Shown in pieces: positions 24,901-36,811 of a DNA stretch of 64,000 nucleotides (positions are counted from its first letter, which is position 1; every line of letters starts with the position of its first letter). A model generated the notes under the pieces. The model saw nothing but the letters and a program-made list of their open reading frames with translations, was not told the origin of the DNA and searched no databases. Position numbers and translations under genes: made by a program. Where the stretch lies: NCBI GenBank assembly GCA_051294905.1, contig CM119372.1, positions 25,856,001-25,920,000 of the forward strand. Direction: 5' to 3'. Source of the stretch: Botryllus schlosseri. Taxonomy: Eukaryota.

Positions 24901-27897
24901 CTAAGCAAGAAATAATTCCATTGATGAAGCCATATAATAGAAAGCAGAAAGAAGTCTTGATAATAAATGACTACAGAGAATGTGCAACAGGCACCTTGGC
25001 GATTGTAGCTGGCCAATATATTGATAATCGTTTTCGCAAGCCTGATGCTACTAATAGCACTGGATGGATGAGTCAAGTGCTGTACTGTCAAAAATGTTCA
25101 TGTGGAGAGAGCAAATGGGCTATTCTGAAGAGTTCATTAGAAAGTTGCCCTGTTTTATGTCGCAGCTTGGTTGAAAACTGGTAATGCATGTGACGCACAG
25201 TATATTGATCTCAAATTCCTTCATGGCATGACAGACCTTTCATTGTGCGATTTCACAGTTGCTGATGTGACATATAAAAAGATGCGAGAACATCATTGGC
25301 ATCTCACCGAGGAAACGGTGGTATCAACAATGTTCTCGGCTAAACCAAAGATTCCTGACAAAGTGAAGGAAGCGATGGCTGCTAAATTGCTGCAAATGCC
25401 AATCCTTGAACAATTTCGCAGAGGTAGGCTATACCTCTGAGTCTAATCTCTGACTCTGTCTCTGAGTCAATGAGTATGGTTGCTTTATTTGAACCGGAAT
25501 CATGGTTTCTATTCAATGCTATACATGTCGAACATGATTGGTTTAGTCTTCCAGTTTCGGAATGGCATACTGATTCACATTTCGTGACTGCTCAAGAATT
25601 TGTGAGTAGCGTTGAAATAGTTAACGGCGCAGCAGAGCGTTTGGTGAAATTGAATACCGACTTTGAAGCTTTCAAAACAGATGACAAAGAACAGCGAGCG
25701 AGCCTCTTACAAGCCGTGGAAGATAACGGGAACAGATATGCCGATTTCTCTAAAGCAACCATTTCATCCGGACCTGATTTAAGTAGTATTTGCCAAGTTG
25801 ATCTGTTTCTTTGCCTTTTTGTTTCGTTTCCTTTGAACAATGTGATGTTTATAATGTGGCTGTGAGTGAATGATACATTTACAGTTGTATTCTTGCACGT
25901 GGTGATCCCGGCAATTGATGAACAATCTCGGGTAGGGTTGAGGAGTGTGGGATAGGTGATCCAACAAAATGACTATCAGTCTTAGGCAGTTTTGAGGAGT
26001 TCTAAGGCAGTGTGGGACATGAAAATGGTGTCCTGAACTGACAATACTTTCTATAGTGAGGTTATGTAGCACTCCAACCGCAATAGCTACATAAAACCAG
26101 CTTATATATGACGTTTTACTAGCCTAGTAGCGACACTCAAATTTAAGGGGAATCCCCTATTTTTAGCCGATATTCTTCCAGCTCAATGTGCACACGGATG
26201 CAAGGGATGAATTACGAAAAAAAGTACCTAGAATATGTTTTTATGGTATAAGGCATGGGAATCGGACTGAAAACCACGACATTTTGAAAGTCGATTAATT
26301 CTGAACAACCCTAACCTATATGTAGTGTATTTTGCTCTTGATGTTGTGTGATTGCGGGTCAAGCTCACAGCGGAGAGTCACTAAGTATTCACAAACGGAA
26401 TGCTGGATATTTCGAGCAAACTTAAGTAACAAAGCAAGTAAAATTTTTGAGATTGTAAAGTTGCATACTCGTTTAGTGTTGATGTTTTTAAGCTGCCAGC
26501 GCCATGCATCGTGGCCCTTAGTTGAAATGCAATGAATTTCAACCAAAGATGTTATGATGAAGTGAGAATTGTAATGTACGAAAAAGGTTCACAGTGCCGA
26601 GCCTACCAAGGTTCGTTTGTGAACGTGAACCTCTAAATTTAGGAGGCTCACACACAGAACGCGAACGGGAACCTCACGTTCACAGTTCACACCATCCCTA
26701 ATATTAGGTACTGCGTCATCGATGAACGGCAGATAGGTTGCATTTGGAGACCTTACTTCAATTCGAGTTTCATTGAACAATTCAGGTGAAATGTTGCGGC
26801 GAAAACGGTTACCAGGATTGGAAGAAGAACGCCGAATGGGTAAAGAGAAATCCAAACAGATTAGTACCGGATACTTGTTGTGTTAGCACCGCGGCGAGTG
26901 GGAAACCCGACAACGTAACCAAATGCCAAGCCGGCGAAGATTATTACCTTTACAAGTCCGGATGTATCAGCAGACTCTCAAGCTCTTTAAGCACTGTCGT
27001 GATAGTTGCCGCTGTGATTCTCGTCGTGGAGGTGAGATTCTATTGTATAGTTTACTAGGATAGGAGATTAGTGGTAGGCCTACTAAACGTTCGAAACTAT
27101 ATTTATTGTATTATAATTCATTACCACCCGAAGACTTTTTGTTTGTCTTTTATCAATGGTTAGCGGAATGTAACGAGCATATAATCGTCAAGTCAATTCT
27201 ACAAAGTAAGACTTTCGCACCACTGTTTATATGCTCGCTATTGTGCCGCCATCTCTTGATAAGGGCCACACGAAACGTCTTAGAGTTCAATACATACAAC
27301 AAGTGTAATGGAGAGCTTCTTAACCAGTTGTACGTGTATTATACTTGTGGGTACGAAGGACCAAGCTAGGGGTTGCAACATGCAGTGTGAAGTGACACCT
27401 TAAACGGACGTGGTAAAACTAGTCTGCGTTGCTACTCAAGTAGAAGTAGAAGTAACGCTCTAAATTTCTACTCAATGACAAGTTACAAGTAGCGATTTCC
27501 AATTCGTGTCAAAATTACTTCAAGCGAAAGTAGAAAAAGAAAGGGCTGAAAAGTATTCACGTAAGTAGTTTCAAAAAGTGGATTTGCCCGAGGGGTTCTC
27601 ATACTTTTAGCGGCTTTTTTCAAGATTGCAAGATGTATTTCCGTGACTAACGTGAAATGACATACGACATAAAGTAGGTGCAATCTTCGAAATAGACGCA
27701 GTTGCGGTGATAAGAAGCAATATCGTAGTGCAGCTTAGAGGTAGCATAAAATGTATAAGGTCTATGAAGGTAAAACAATGGTCGAATTACAGGTTACTCA
27801 ACTATACTTACATATATGCTCTCTTATGCAGATTCTTGCTATGATCTTCTCGTGCTGCCTGTACAAACACGCAAATGAATATGGGGAGATCGCTTGA
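15956..27897 (+). CDS. Tetraspanin (paralogue 1), 246 aa; join(15956..16018,16107..16301,21174..21344,26786..27031,27832..27897)
   Basis: All introns GT-AG, phase 0. Four hydrophobic segments; LKYLVFFFNLLIF, GFFGCCGAAKENRCML, large loop with CCG, PDTCC, C and GC (6 Cys); ends YGEIA-stop. Confidence 0.95.
16555..19132. mobile_element. Foldback-type palindromic element, 1069-bp inverted arms with internal minisatellite
   Basis: 16555-17623 is a near-identical reverse complement of 18064-19132. The 440-bp centre is a diverged copy of the inner arm. ~21-bp GGACATC(A/G)TGTCTGGGGTGTGTT units. Confidence 0.9.
19532..20170 (+). mobile_element. hAT MITE family A, 3'-truncated
   Basis: Starts tagggatggtgtgaacctctgaaagg; colinear with 53587-54190. 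Confidence 0.8.
21736..22572. mobile_element. hAT (Buster-type) MITE
   Basis: TIR c(g/a)gtggttctcaacc; TSD gaacagat/gaatagat. Related end at about 2100-2247. Confidence 0.8.
22628..22993. mobile_element. hAT MITE, CAGGGGTGGCCAACC family, short copy
   Basis: TSD atctatac/atctattc; internal similarity to 40380-41078 and 57432-58297. Confidence 0.8.
24350..25780 (+). pseudogene. Decayed hATm-type transposase (N-terminus missing)
   Basis: Fragments HWDAKL, TGKAQA, LVFDTTPSNNG, ACSHHIYEL, DYRE, WMSQVLY, HHWHLTEETV and VNGAAERLVKL in several frames. Confidence 0.8.
24821..24902. repeat. Perfect 26-bp tandem repeat x3
   Basis: (AGCTGGTTGGCGATCAAAGCTGATGA)3 + AGCT. Confidence 0.95.
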
Positions 27898-30800
27898 GCA
27901 GAGTGGACGAATCAAGTCGCAACCTGTGATGAATCGGATGGAGTAAATTATCTGTACAAAGCTCTAGTTACTTGCAACCAACTTTCGCGACCAACTTAAT
28001 GACCGAGTTGATGGGTTGCGTCGATATCAGAACGGCATCTATTCGCTAGTTCAAATGTAATCCGTAATGTCATTATATTATATTATATTTATTTTGTTGT
28101 TTTAGGCGCAGTCACGAAACCAAAGTATCTGCCACATAGCCTTTTTGGTCCGATAGATTTGGGAGGCGAAGTTGCAATATAGGCTATATTTTATATTCCT
28201 CCGGAATTTTAGCTTCGAAACTGCATGCACCACGTTGTAGATATATTGTTGGTGTAGGCCCGGCAGTTCTGTCATGGGATAAGGAGGTGAATTATAGTTC
28301 AATGAGGAAATACTGATGCACCCTTAGTACTATATGTATCGGTAGATGGTAGTAATACAAGACAATTCTGCAAGAGTTGTACTGGTGTCAACCAATATCA
28401 AGATGAGGTTAATGTCTTGTAAATATGCGTCACCTTATCACTCCTTATGCAAGTGCAATGTTAGGTCTGACGGCGGTTTTCGGTGAAACGCTCTACAGCA
28501 GGGGAGGACAATTATTTTTCTCCACGGGCCAAATGAGTAACAGAAAATGCGTCGGCGGGCCGAGTCAAAATGTTTAGTTACTAATTTTATTCATAAATTG
28601 AAAGCAGTGAATTACATTGTTCAGAATTGCTGCTCACTGGATGCGTCGATATTATATAGTGAGAAAATGTCGGTTAATAAAAACAATAAGCTAGTTTTTT
28701 CCGTCATAGTTCGAAACAACGTTGAGCATGACACGTTTTCAAATCTCTTTGATCCACGTTTTTATATTAAGACATTAAAATGTATTTCGGATACTACAAA
28801 GTTCTTTGGCTTGATCGCTGCCATGCGAACAGTTGCGGCTAGGTGAAATCGGCATATATTTATATTGGTTTTGGACAATATGAGGCTGTACTTTTGGTGT
28901 TTAGTGGCGCGGTAACGGCTGACGCCGGAATGCTGATCTCTATTAATTAGGCGCTTTTTTCGGGGACAGGGGTACCCATAATAATATCAATACATTTAGC
29001 TACGATAAATCGCGCGAAGGCAATTTGAATAAAGTTTTATAGATATCTTAATAATACTCTATAATTTATGTTGGTTTACAAAATAACTTTAGGCCCCCTT
29101 CAAGCTCGGGCCCCTCCAATTTGGGGGTTTGGGTGCGGCAAATACGGCCGTGCCTTTAGTGCACCACACCGTCTGTGAATTTCGGCTTTCTTTTTTGACA
29201 TGCCCGTTAATCCTTTATGGATGATGATGTCTCATAGTAAAAACGAGCACTGATTGACTGAAATAGATTTCTGGAAACTCAGCCTATCACGAAACAATGT
29301 GAAGCGCAATGTGAAAATGGCAACAAAGAAGGTTTGAACTAAAATACTTTAATTGCTACGTCATACTTTGCTACATAGGCTTTATTTTGAATCTGAATTA
29401 CGCAGGCGTGCCTGCGAGGGAGGTAGGCTGCGTAATCGCAGCATAGAAATGAACAGGCTTCAAAGAAACCCAATTGCTGTCCCGGTTCAGTTTATAAAGC
29501 TCAAGATATCATTCCACGCAGCAATATTCTAAAGTAGGTTTTATGTTCTGAATTCCAAGCAACGGGCACGAAAGATGTTATCTCTGCTGCAGTGAACAGC
29601 ACGTACGTATTCGCACTAGACATATGCCGTTGACTCTATAAGGAAGTAGCCTAACCAAAACATGTACAATTTTACAAGCTCTTATTGTCTTCTCGATGAT
29701 ATACACGCGCGGTTGAGCAGCTCCCGTCTCAATTCGTGGCGTAGTTGGTTGGTTACGCGTTGACGTTCTGCGTCTAACGATACATTACTTGTTGGTTCTC
29801 TAAGTGGGCACCAGAGCCTCAATGGGGACGTTCACGAGCTCTGGCTATGCAATAGGCTGTTGGAGGGCGCTGGTTACATAAAATTAGGCGGTAGGGGGAG
29901 CTGCGGTGTAGGTTTAGAAGGAAACGGCTGTGTAGTGTTAAGACGATTGATAAATAAAGCAGCTACATACGCAGTAAAATGCAAAATCGAATCAGTCGGG
30001 GCAATTTAGGATTCAGTCAGCTGTACCTGAGAAGTCCACTGCTGCATTACAATGTTGATTCAGCCCATCAATTGACTAATTTAGCATTCGACTGAACCCT
30101 AGAAAGCGTGGTTCATTGGGTGATGTGAGAACCAGACATGCCACTCCCTGGGTTTTTCCACCCAGTTCTGGGTGTTTCCAGCATCACCAGGGTTTCTGTT
30201 TTTTTTTCTTTGAAATCTGGGTTTATTTCAACATCATGCTCGTCAGGCTAATTTTACGCTAGAAAATTAATTATTAGGTTAGTAAGATCATAATGTCATA
30301 AATTGCACGTGGGCTACTTCAGTTTGTCATCGACGATGGATTTCGCTATTATTGTAACCGCAGAGTCTTGCGAAAATGTTTCACTACTCAAATGAGAGGC
30401 CTTGCGATGCGATGGAGCTTCATTGAATACTGACTGCCAGGTCGCAGAAAGTTAGTTCATAGGGCAGCTCATTGGAACTGTTGTCATACAATTCAAAACG
30501 ATTTAGGACCTTAATGCTTTAATCAATTGCTTTATCAGCAGATTCGAATATACCCTAAAAGTTATGATTGGCAGTTTATTTTCCGACTAAACATGCCTGT
30601 CACATTATCCCAGATAAAAGTGATTGTTCCAGGATTAATCAATCGAATGCTACTTAAATTTTGGTCATGTCACTGAAAGTCCCCGAAAATCACCTCCATA
30701 GATGAGGAATGGCATTTTCTTGAGTATTGGCGAGCACTAGGGATGGTGTGAACGTGAGGTTCACGTTCGCGTTCTGTGTGTGAACCTCAGATATTTGGAG

Positions 30801-31645
30801 GTTCGCGTTCACAAACGAACCTTGGTAGGTTCTGCACTGTGAACCTTTTTCATATATTACAATTTTCACTTCAACAGTGCATAAAAAATCAACACTAAAC
30901 GAGCGTGCACCTTGACAATCTCAAACATTTTACTTGCTTTGTTACAAAAGTTTGCTAGAAATATCCTGCTTTCCGTTTGTGAATATTTAGTGACTCGTCT
31001 CTGCTGCAAGCTTGACCCGCAATCACACAACATCAAGAGCGAAACACTACATGTAGGTAGTCAGCGAATGACTCTTATCCAACCAATCAATGAAATTGAT
31101 ACCCAGCAAACACGAAACAGCCCATTGAGGTTAAAAAAACGTTTTTATTTGGTTCATATTAAAGACTAGCAGGATAGTTTTAAGTCGGTTTTTGTGTCGA
31201 CGCGTTTTAACGCGTTCTTCACGCAAATCGGGATCGTTAATAAAACGTAGATAAAACTGTGTATCTACAATGCTTTAGAACGTACAATCGATGGTCAGAA
31301 AAACATCCTGCTATACTAACATCCCTGTATTCCCATATTTAGGCATACCTGAGGGTGGCTGCGGACACATACACGTATCACAGTACACATTGCCTTTGAT
31401 GAACTTATAATTCATACAGAAAACAGTGTCAACGAAACTCAAAGAAAATAATTCAGAACGAAACGATGTCAAAGAAGCGAATGAAAAAATAATCAAGCCA
31501 ACTGATTATGTGTCTTCTTCATCTTCTGATGACGAGGATAAGACGCTGCTTTCTGCCTTTTTCCCCATAGAACCCTACAGAGAAACAACAACATTGAATG
31601 TTAAAGACATGCTCGATCCTGTTTAGATAGCTCTTAGTACTACGC

Positions 31646-32260
31646 AGTGTTGGGATGACTCGAGTCACTTTGCAAAAATGACTTGACTCGACTCGGCGCT
31701 CGAGATATATGGATTGACTCGTGACTCGGAGTAAAATTCACGAGTCAATTTCAAGTAATCAAGTAAACGGTGTCAATTAAATCACCCTATATCTTATGTA
31801 CGTTCGGATTTTTTGCGATATGCCGGTATCACTTGTGAGAGCAAACAGCCATTCACTGATCGCACCTTTCACTGATCCTGTTGTTACATCATAATTTAAT
31901 TGACCGCAAACGAAACGGTCACAGCTTATGCTTGCGTTGTCGTCGTAGTAGTAGTTTATTCTGTTAGCAAGGTATCATTGTTTCTCAGACAGCACAGTGG
32001 TTAAATTGCGCGGTGCTATCTTTTACCAACTCTCCTGTATAATTTAAATCGAACGAATATTGTCTATGCGTCCCTATTCTCACGTAAGGGTAGTATATTG
32101 TCCCTTATCAATTTATTGCAACTTCTCGAGGCTTCGTATTCGATCCTCTATTTCGGCTGATAATAGAACGTAGCGTGTAGCTATAAAGTTACTCACATAT
32201 GCTATTAGCAGTTCTACGTGTGAGTGATAAAACGCCTTTTGCATTTATATTTAACTTTAT
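31646..32260 (+). mobile_element. hAT-like MITE (CAGTGTTGGGATGACTCGAGT), left part; right-end-like piece at ~34780-35060
   Basis: Colinear with the copy at 63574-64000; GACTCGAGTC subterminal repeats. Confidence 0.7.
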
Positions 32261-32768
32261 ATTATTTGATTGAAGATAAATGACCAATTAATCCGTCTTT
32301 TACCCAGCAAAATGGAATGCGAGAACGTGTCGTCCGACATCCGACTTCGCGCCTGCACTCGCGAAGAGATCGTCTGCGATGAAACCTTTGCACAAAGTGA
32401 TAGACGCGCTTTCACTGAACTCTTCGATATTGATATGTCCAAGCGTTGATTAATCATGTCCTGGTCAAATAAGCCCAGCGGTATACAGCGACGGCCCACA
32501 ATATATGCAACTAACATTATTTCATTGACTTAATTGTTTCGTGAACTTTGAAAAAATTTGAAAAGGTTGGCCACCCCTGCACAAACCATAATAGACTTTT
32601 GAAAACGATTGGCCACCCCTGCACTAACCATAATAGACTTGCAATGTTAAATTACATAACATTCTGTTGAATAACATTACATCGTATTACATTTGAATAA
32701 CTGAACCATGACACTGAATTGGTTAATCGATTGAATAATGATTGACAAAAATTTATTGATACCGTACA

Positions 32769-33681
32769 TCAGGGGTGGCCAACCTTTTCGGCCAACGGGC
32801 CACATGAGATTTCCAAACCATTGCGTGGGCCACTTGAATGTTGATGTGCTTTTTTAGTCGTTCGATAGGAACGAACCGGATTATAGGTAACGGTAAAAAA
32901 GGACTCATATTACCACACATCAAAATCGTTAACAATTATGTCATGAAAACATGTCCTAGTCGCGCAAAGCGCGAAAATATTATTAAAGTTAATGAAAGAA
33001 TTAGGTCAATAAAACATTGTTAGTTGCATATATTGTGGGTCGACGCTGTAAACTGCTGGGCGCATTTGGCCAGGACATGATTAATCAACGCTTGGACGTA
33101 TCAATATCGAAGAGTTCAGTGAAAGTGCGTCTATCACTTTGTGCAAAGGTTTCATCGCCGACGATCTTTTCGCGAGTGCAGACGCGAAGTCGTATGTCGG
33201 ACGACACGTTCTCGCATAATTGCCAATATAGCTAATATCAATTCCGTAAATAAGACGTTTCAGGAGGAGACACCAATACTAAAAGCAAGAAATCGATTGG
33301 CAATAAATCGAGCGCAGCGCTAAAAAAATATCAAGACAAATAAATCCTTTACGAGATATTCTACTTTATGGTCATATACAAAGATGGCTCCTGGCTACGC
33401 CAACATGTCGGAACTGATATTTTAGTCATCAACATCCTAAAGTCCGCGGTCAGGCTAACATTCGCACACGCTGCGCACACACGACAGTCCTGCTGGAGAC
33501 GCGATAGTTCAGGCTGGCAACATAGTGTAGCCAGAATACCCTGCATGCCGCCAAACAATGTGTTGGGGTCGCTAATATTCTGGCTGCTCGTTTTAATATT
33601 TTTGATATGACGATAAAGGGGTGGTGGGGAAAATTTTAGCTATTGTCAAGGTAGCTTGTCAAAAAAGTTCGAGAACCACTG
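32769..33681. mobile_element. hAT MITE, CAGGGGTGGCCAACC family; inverted partial sister copy at ~32300-32579
   Basis: Colinear with 57432-58297; 33010-33215 is the reverse complement of about 32320-32525. Confidence 0.7.
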
Positions 33682-33766
33682 AGCTAGCTCAACATTTACA
33701 TGGGGTGTAAGGTAGGCTACTGAACACATATAGATAGGTTCGAAGGTAAACATAAATGTTGCTCAC

Positions 33767-33928
33767 TATATATATGATCTTGTACAACGCGAGCTTGTTA
33801 AAAGCCTCCTTCCCAGATTTTCCAACACGGCTGTAACTGCTCCACACACGGGTAGTAGCGACCTTTTTCATGATGGATCTGACAGATTGGCCATTTGTGT
33901 CGCCTCCAACTGAGCTGAATCCAGCTAT
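33767..33928 (-). pseudogene. Exon-like relic of a DUF4806/BEN-like transposon accessory protein
   Basis: tttcag|IAGFSSVGGDTNGQSVRSIMKKVATTRVWSSYSRVGKSGKEAFNKLALYKIIY|gtgagc; domain identity from recalled motif pattern only. Confidence 0.55.
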
Positions 33929-36638
33929 CTGAAATCATAATATACAAACAGAATTATTCAAGTGCAACGATCATACCCGACAAGGACTTCACAAAAAGAC
34001 TTGGACAATTAGAAATATTTTAGCTTTTCCTGATTAGATTGGAATTACAGTTAGATATATTTCCGAATCAGAGTAGAATAAGGATTATAGCTACACAACA
34101 GTTGTCTGCAAATTAGATTTAAATTAGAATTATAGCTACAGTTAGTATACAAATTAGATTAAAATGACTAAATTCGAGAAAACTCGGACATCGCATCAAG
34201 TTCCAAATCATGGTCCATTCTTATTAAGGACATGAGAATAGCAAATGTCTGTACCGTACAGCAAGCTTGGCTTGTTTCACACAATAGGCCTACAGTCGCC
34301 TTTACAGGAAAACCAGGAATTGGATTAGAAGTAAAACAAAAATGCATAATCATGCATCCAAGCCTCTTGCTTCGAGTCTGGAGTTTTAACTAGGATTGCA
34401 GAAAAGTTGTGAGAAGACTGCTAACGTTACGTCACTGCTATTTCAATGCAATGTGCTGTGTAACTTTCCAGTTGACCGAACAGTAGCTATAGATATAGGT
34501 ATTGATAACTAATCTACGGATAGATGTGCAACACGTGGCTGACGGTTGAATGCTGAAATTGATGTCAGTTTCAAATTATTGTTTTTTTTCAAAATAAGCT
34601 ATTTGCCTGTGTGCAACAATACTCTTCCGCACTAGCAGAAACGGCTTCGTCGTTGTACTAACGCATGGTGTATCATATCTGTTTGTAAAAGGATAATGTA
34701 TTGCATCTTATCAATTTATTTCTCTATTCTCTATTTTGGCTGGTAAAGTTACCAGTTCTAGAAGTTCTATAAACTGAGGCTGTGCAATTACTTACGCAGT
34801 TTAACAGTTCTGCGTATATGTGAGCGATAAAGCGTCTTCTTGCGCGTATATTTAACTCTATATTCGTTCATTGGCTCAGAGTCAATTACCGCTCAATCTG
34901 TTTCAGACAGCTAGCAAAATGCAATGACATAATCATGCCTCATACGACGAAAAGGCACCTTGACTTGAATTTTGACTCAACTCGAGTCACATACAAAAAT
35001 CGAGTGATTTGACTCGAGTCACCTTCGAAAATCGATTAACCTGACTTGACGCGAGTCAAAATATACAATATGGCGGTATCGTATCTACAGGGGTTCTTAA
35101 ATACTTTTGGTCATGAAACTAAAATGCGGATATTCGACCCCCACATTGTTTTCAGAATATTAAAATGAATCTAGTGCACATAACTATCCCCGCAAAGCAT
35201 GAAAATATAGTCTCAAGTTACTGAAGATACCTCATTACTCTAAAGAACCCTATTGAGGGATTCTGGGTACAGCAGTTGCAGTTATTGCTTCACATCCACG
35301 AATCAAACATTGATACTTGGTTTGAGATTGAGTTTTTGATATCATTATATTTATCAAAGTCAGTCCGGTTAAAAATTCTAGACATACCGAGGGAATACTA
35401 CGAAAGTATGTAAATCCACTTTTGCGATCGTCTCAGTGTGATATTGTGACAGTCCGGTCTGCCAAGTGGGAAGTTGCTTCTGCGTTGGATGAACTTTAAA
35501 CTGCAATTGTATATCATGTTTTGCTAGCCATAAGTCTCAGAAGTATTAGAAATATTCAGCCTCATACCTGCGGTACAATCTTTTTGTAGAACAGTTTAAT
35601 TCACTTTCCGGTCAAGAAGTTTACCAATTTTGCCAGCTCTTACGCATCTGCTTGCTCTTCCGAAAAAAATCAGTGCTGCTGTTTCTGAAATCGAAAGCAG
35701 TAGGTGGTAATCTTAGCGCTGGCAACTCGAGCTCAAAATTTTGTTTAACCGGTCTCAATCGAAAGCTACTGTCACATTGATTTCGAAAATATAAATTAAA
35801 ATTTGGTCCGGCCACTGGAACCCCCTGAAAATAACCCTCAATGTCCGAATCTACATTGTTTCTAACAATTGTATCGCCCATAGACAATAGTCGAATAAAG
35901 TCTCTTTTCGACTGTGACGCCAACAAGCGTCTCGGCAAAGTCGAGCTCTGTTCCCCATGATTGTCAGAGTATTTTGCGACATATAATTCAATGTGACCCG
36001 AATACGTCGAGCAGTTTTTGCATTTCGCATCATCGCGCATCCACGAATTTTAATACAAATGCAGCCTACCTACGCATATCACTGCGGAATTCGATATAGA
36101 TGCGTACTTCCTTGCACGTAGCAGATGAATCCATTCGGCTCTTTGAGGGTCATAAATTTCATCGGAACTGACAATATTATAACATAGTTCTAATGTGAAT
36201 GAGACACCAGTGCGATAACACACTAGGTGTTCTCTGAGCATAACAGGCTAATTAACGAAACAGTGTTTATAGTGCATCATAGATAGATAAATTGTACCTA
36301 TAATTGGGATGTTCGGCAGTTTGAAATCATACATTTGCGATATCTGCGACGCCGATCAAAACATGGCGGCCAAAAACCACTTAGATCACACACCACTGTT
36401 TATGCCATTTTTGGTTTGGTTGGGATGCCGTTTAGGACTTAGCTGAATGAATTATGAGAATGAGCCGTTTTGTTAATCAGTCGGTTAATCGCAGAGAATA
36501 ACTGGTGTGTTCTCATTTCTATTTGTTTAAATTTTTATATGTGCGACAAAAAATATGAAAGTAGGCTACTTGCATTTTAGGACGTATTCGCGTTTACAGC
36601 GATTGATGCGATGCAACCAACTCAAAGTAGCTGTAACC

Positions 36639-36811
36639 AATGTTCCCTCCAATTTTTCAAGAGTCTGCACGCACTCAACTTGGACAACAGTGCGTAGCGA
36701 CTAAAAAAAGGTTATCACTTTGATGTTTTGTGCGCAGCATAAATTTTCTGTTCCCAGATACGGTGTCAGCATGTCGCAATTGCACACTTGAGCAGCTTAC
36801 AGGGAACATTG
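36639..36811. mobile_element. Short hAT MITE (CAATGTTCCCTC)
   Basis: TIR caatgttccct/agggaacattg; TSD gctgtaac/gttgcaac; same family as 59758-59930. Confidence 0.8.

Larger units (their letters stand above)
23811..26313 (+). mobile_element. hATm-like DNA transposon with ~525-bp inverted arms
   Basis: TAGGGTTG termini; TSD acctacat/acctatat; 23811-24338 mirrors 25791-26313. Confidence 0.85.
23204..26700 (+). mobile_element. hAT MITE family A, full length, split by hATm-like insertion
   Basis: Both TIRs present; perfect TSD ATATTAGG. Confidence 0.9.

Noticed and set aside
24821..24902. CRISPR-like 26-bp repeats
   Set aside because: Directly adjacent copies with no spacers.
35100..36250. EnSpm transposase relic
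   Set aside because: Only weak motif echoes (AFDFRNS); not enough to annotate.
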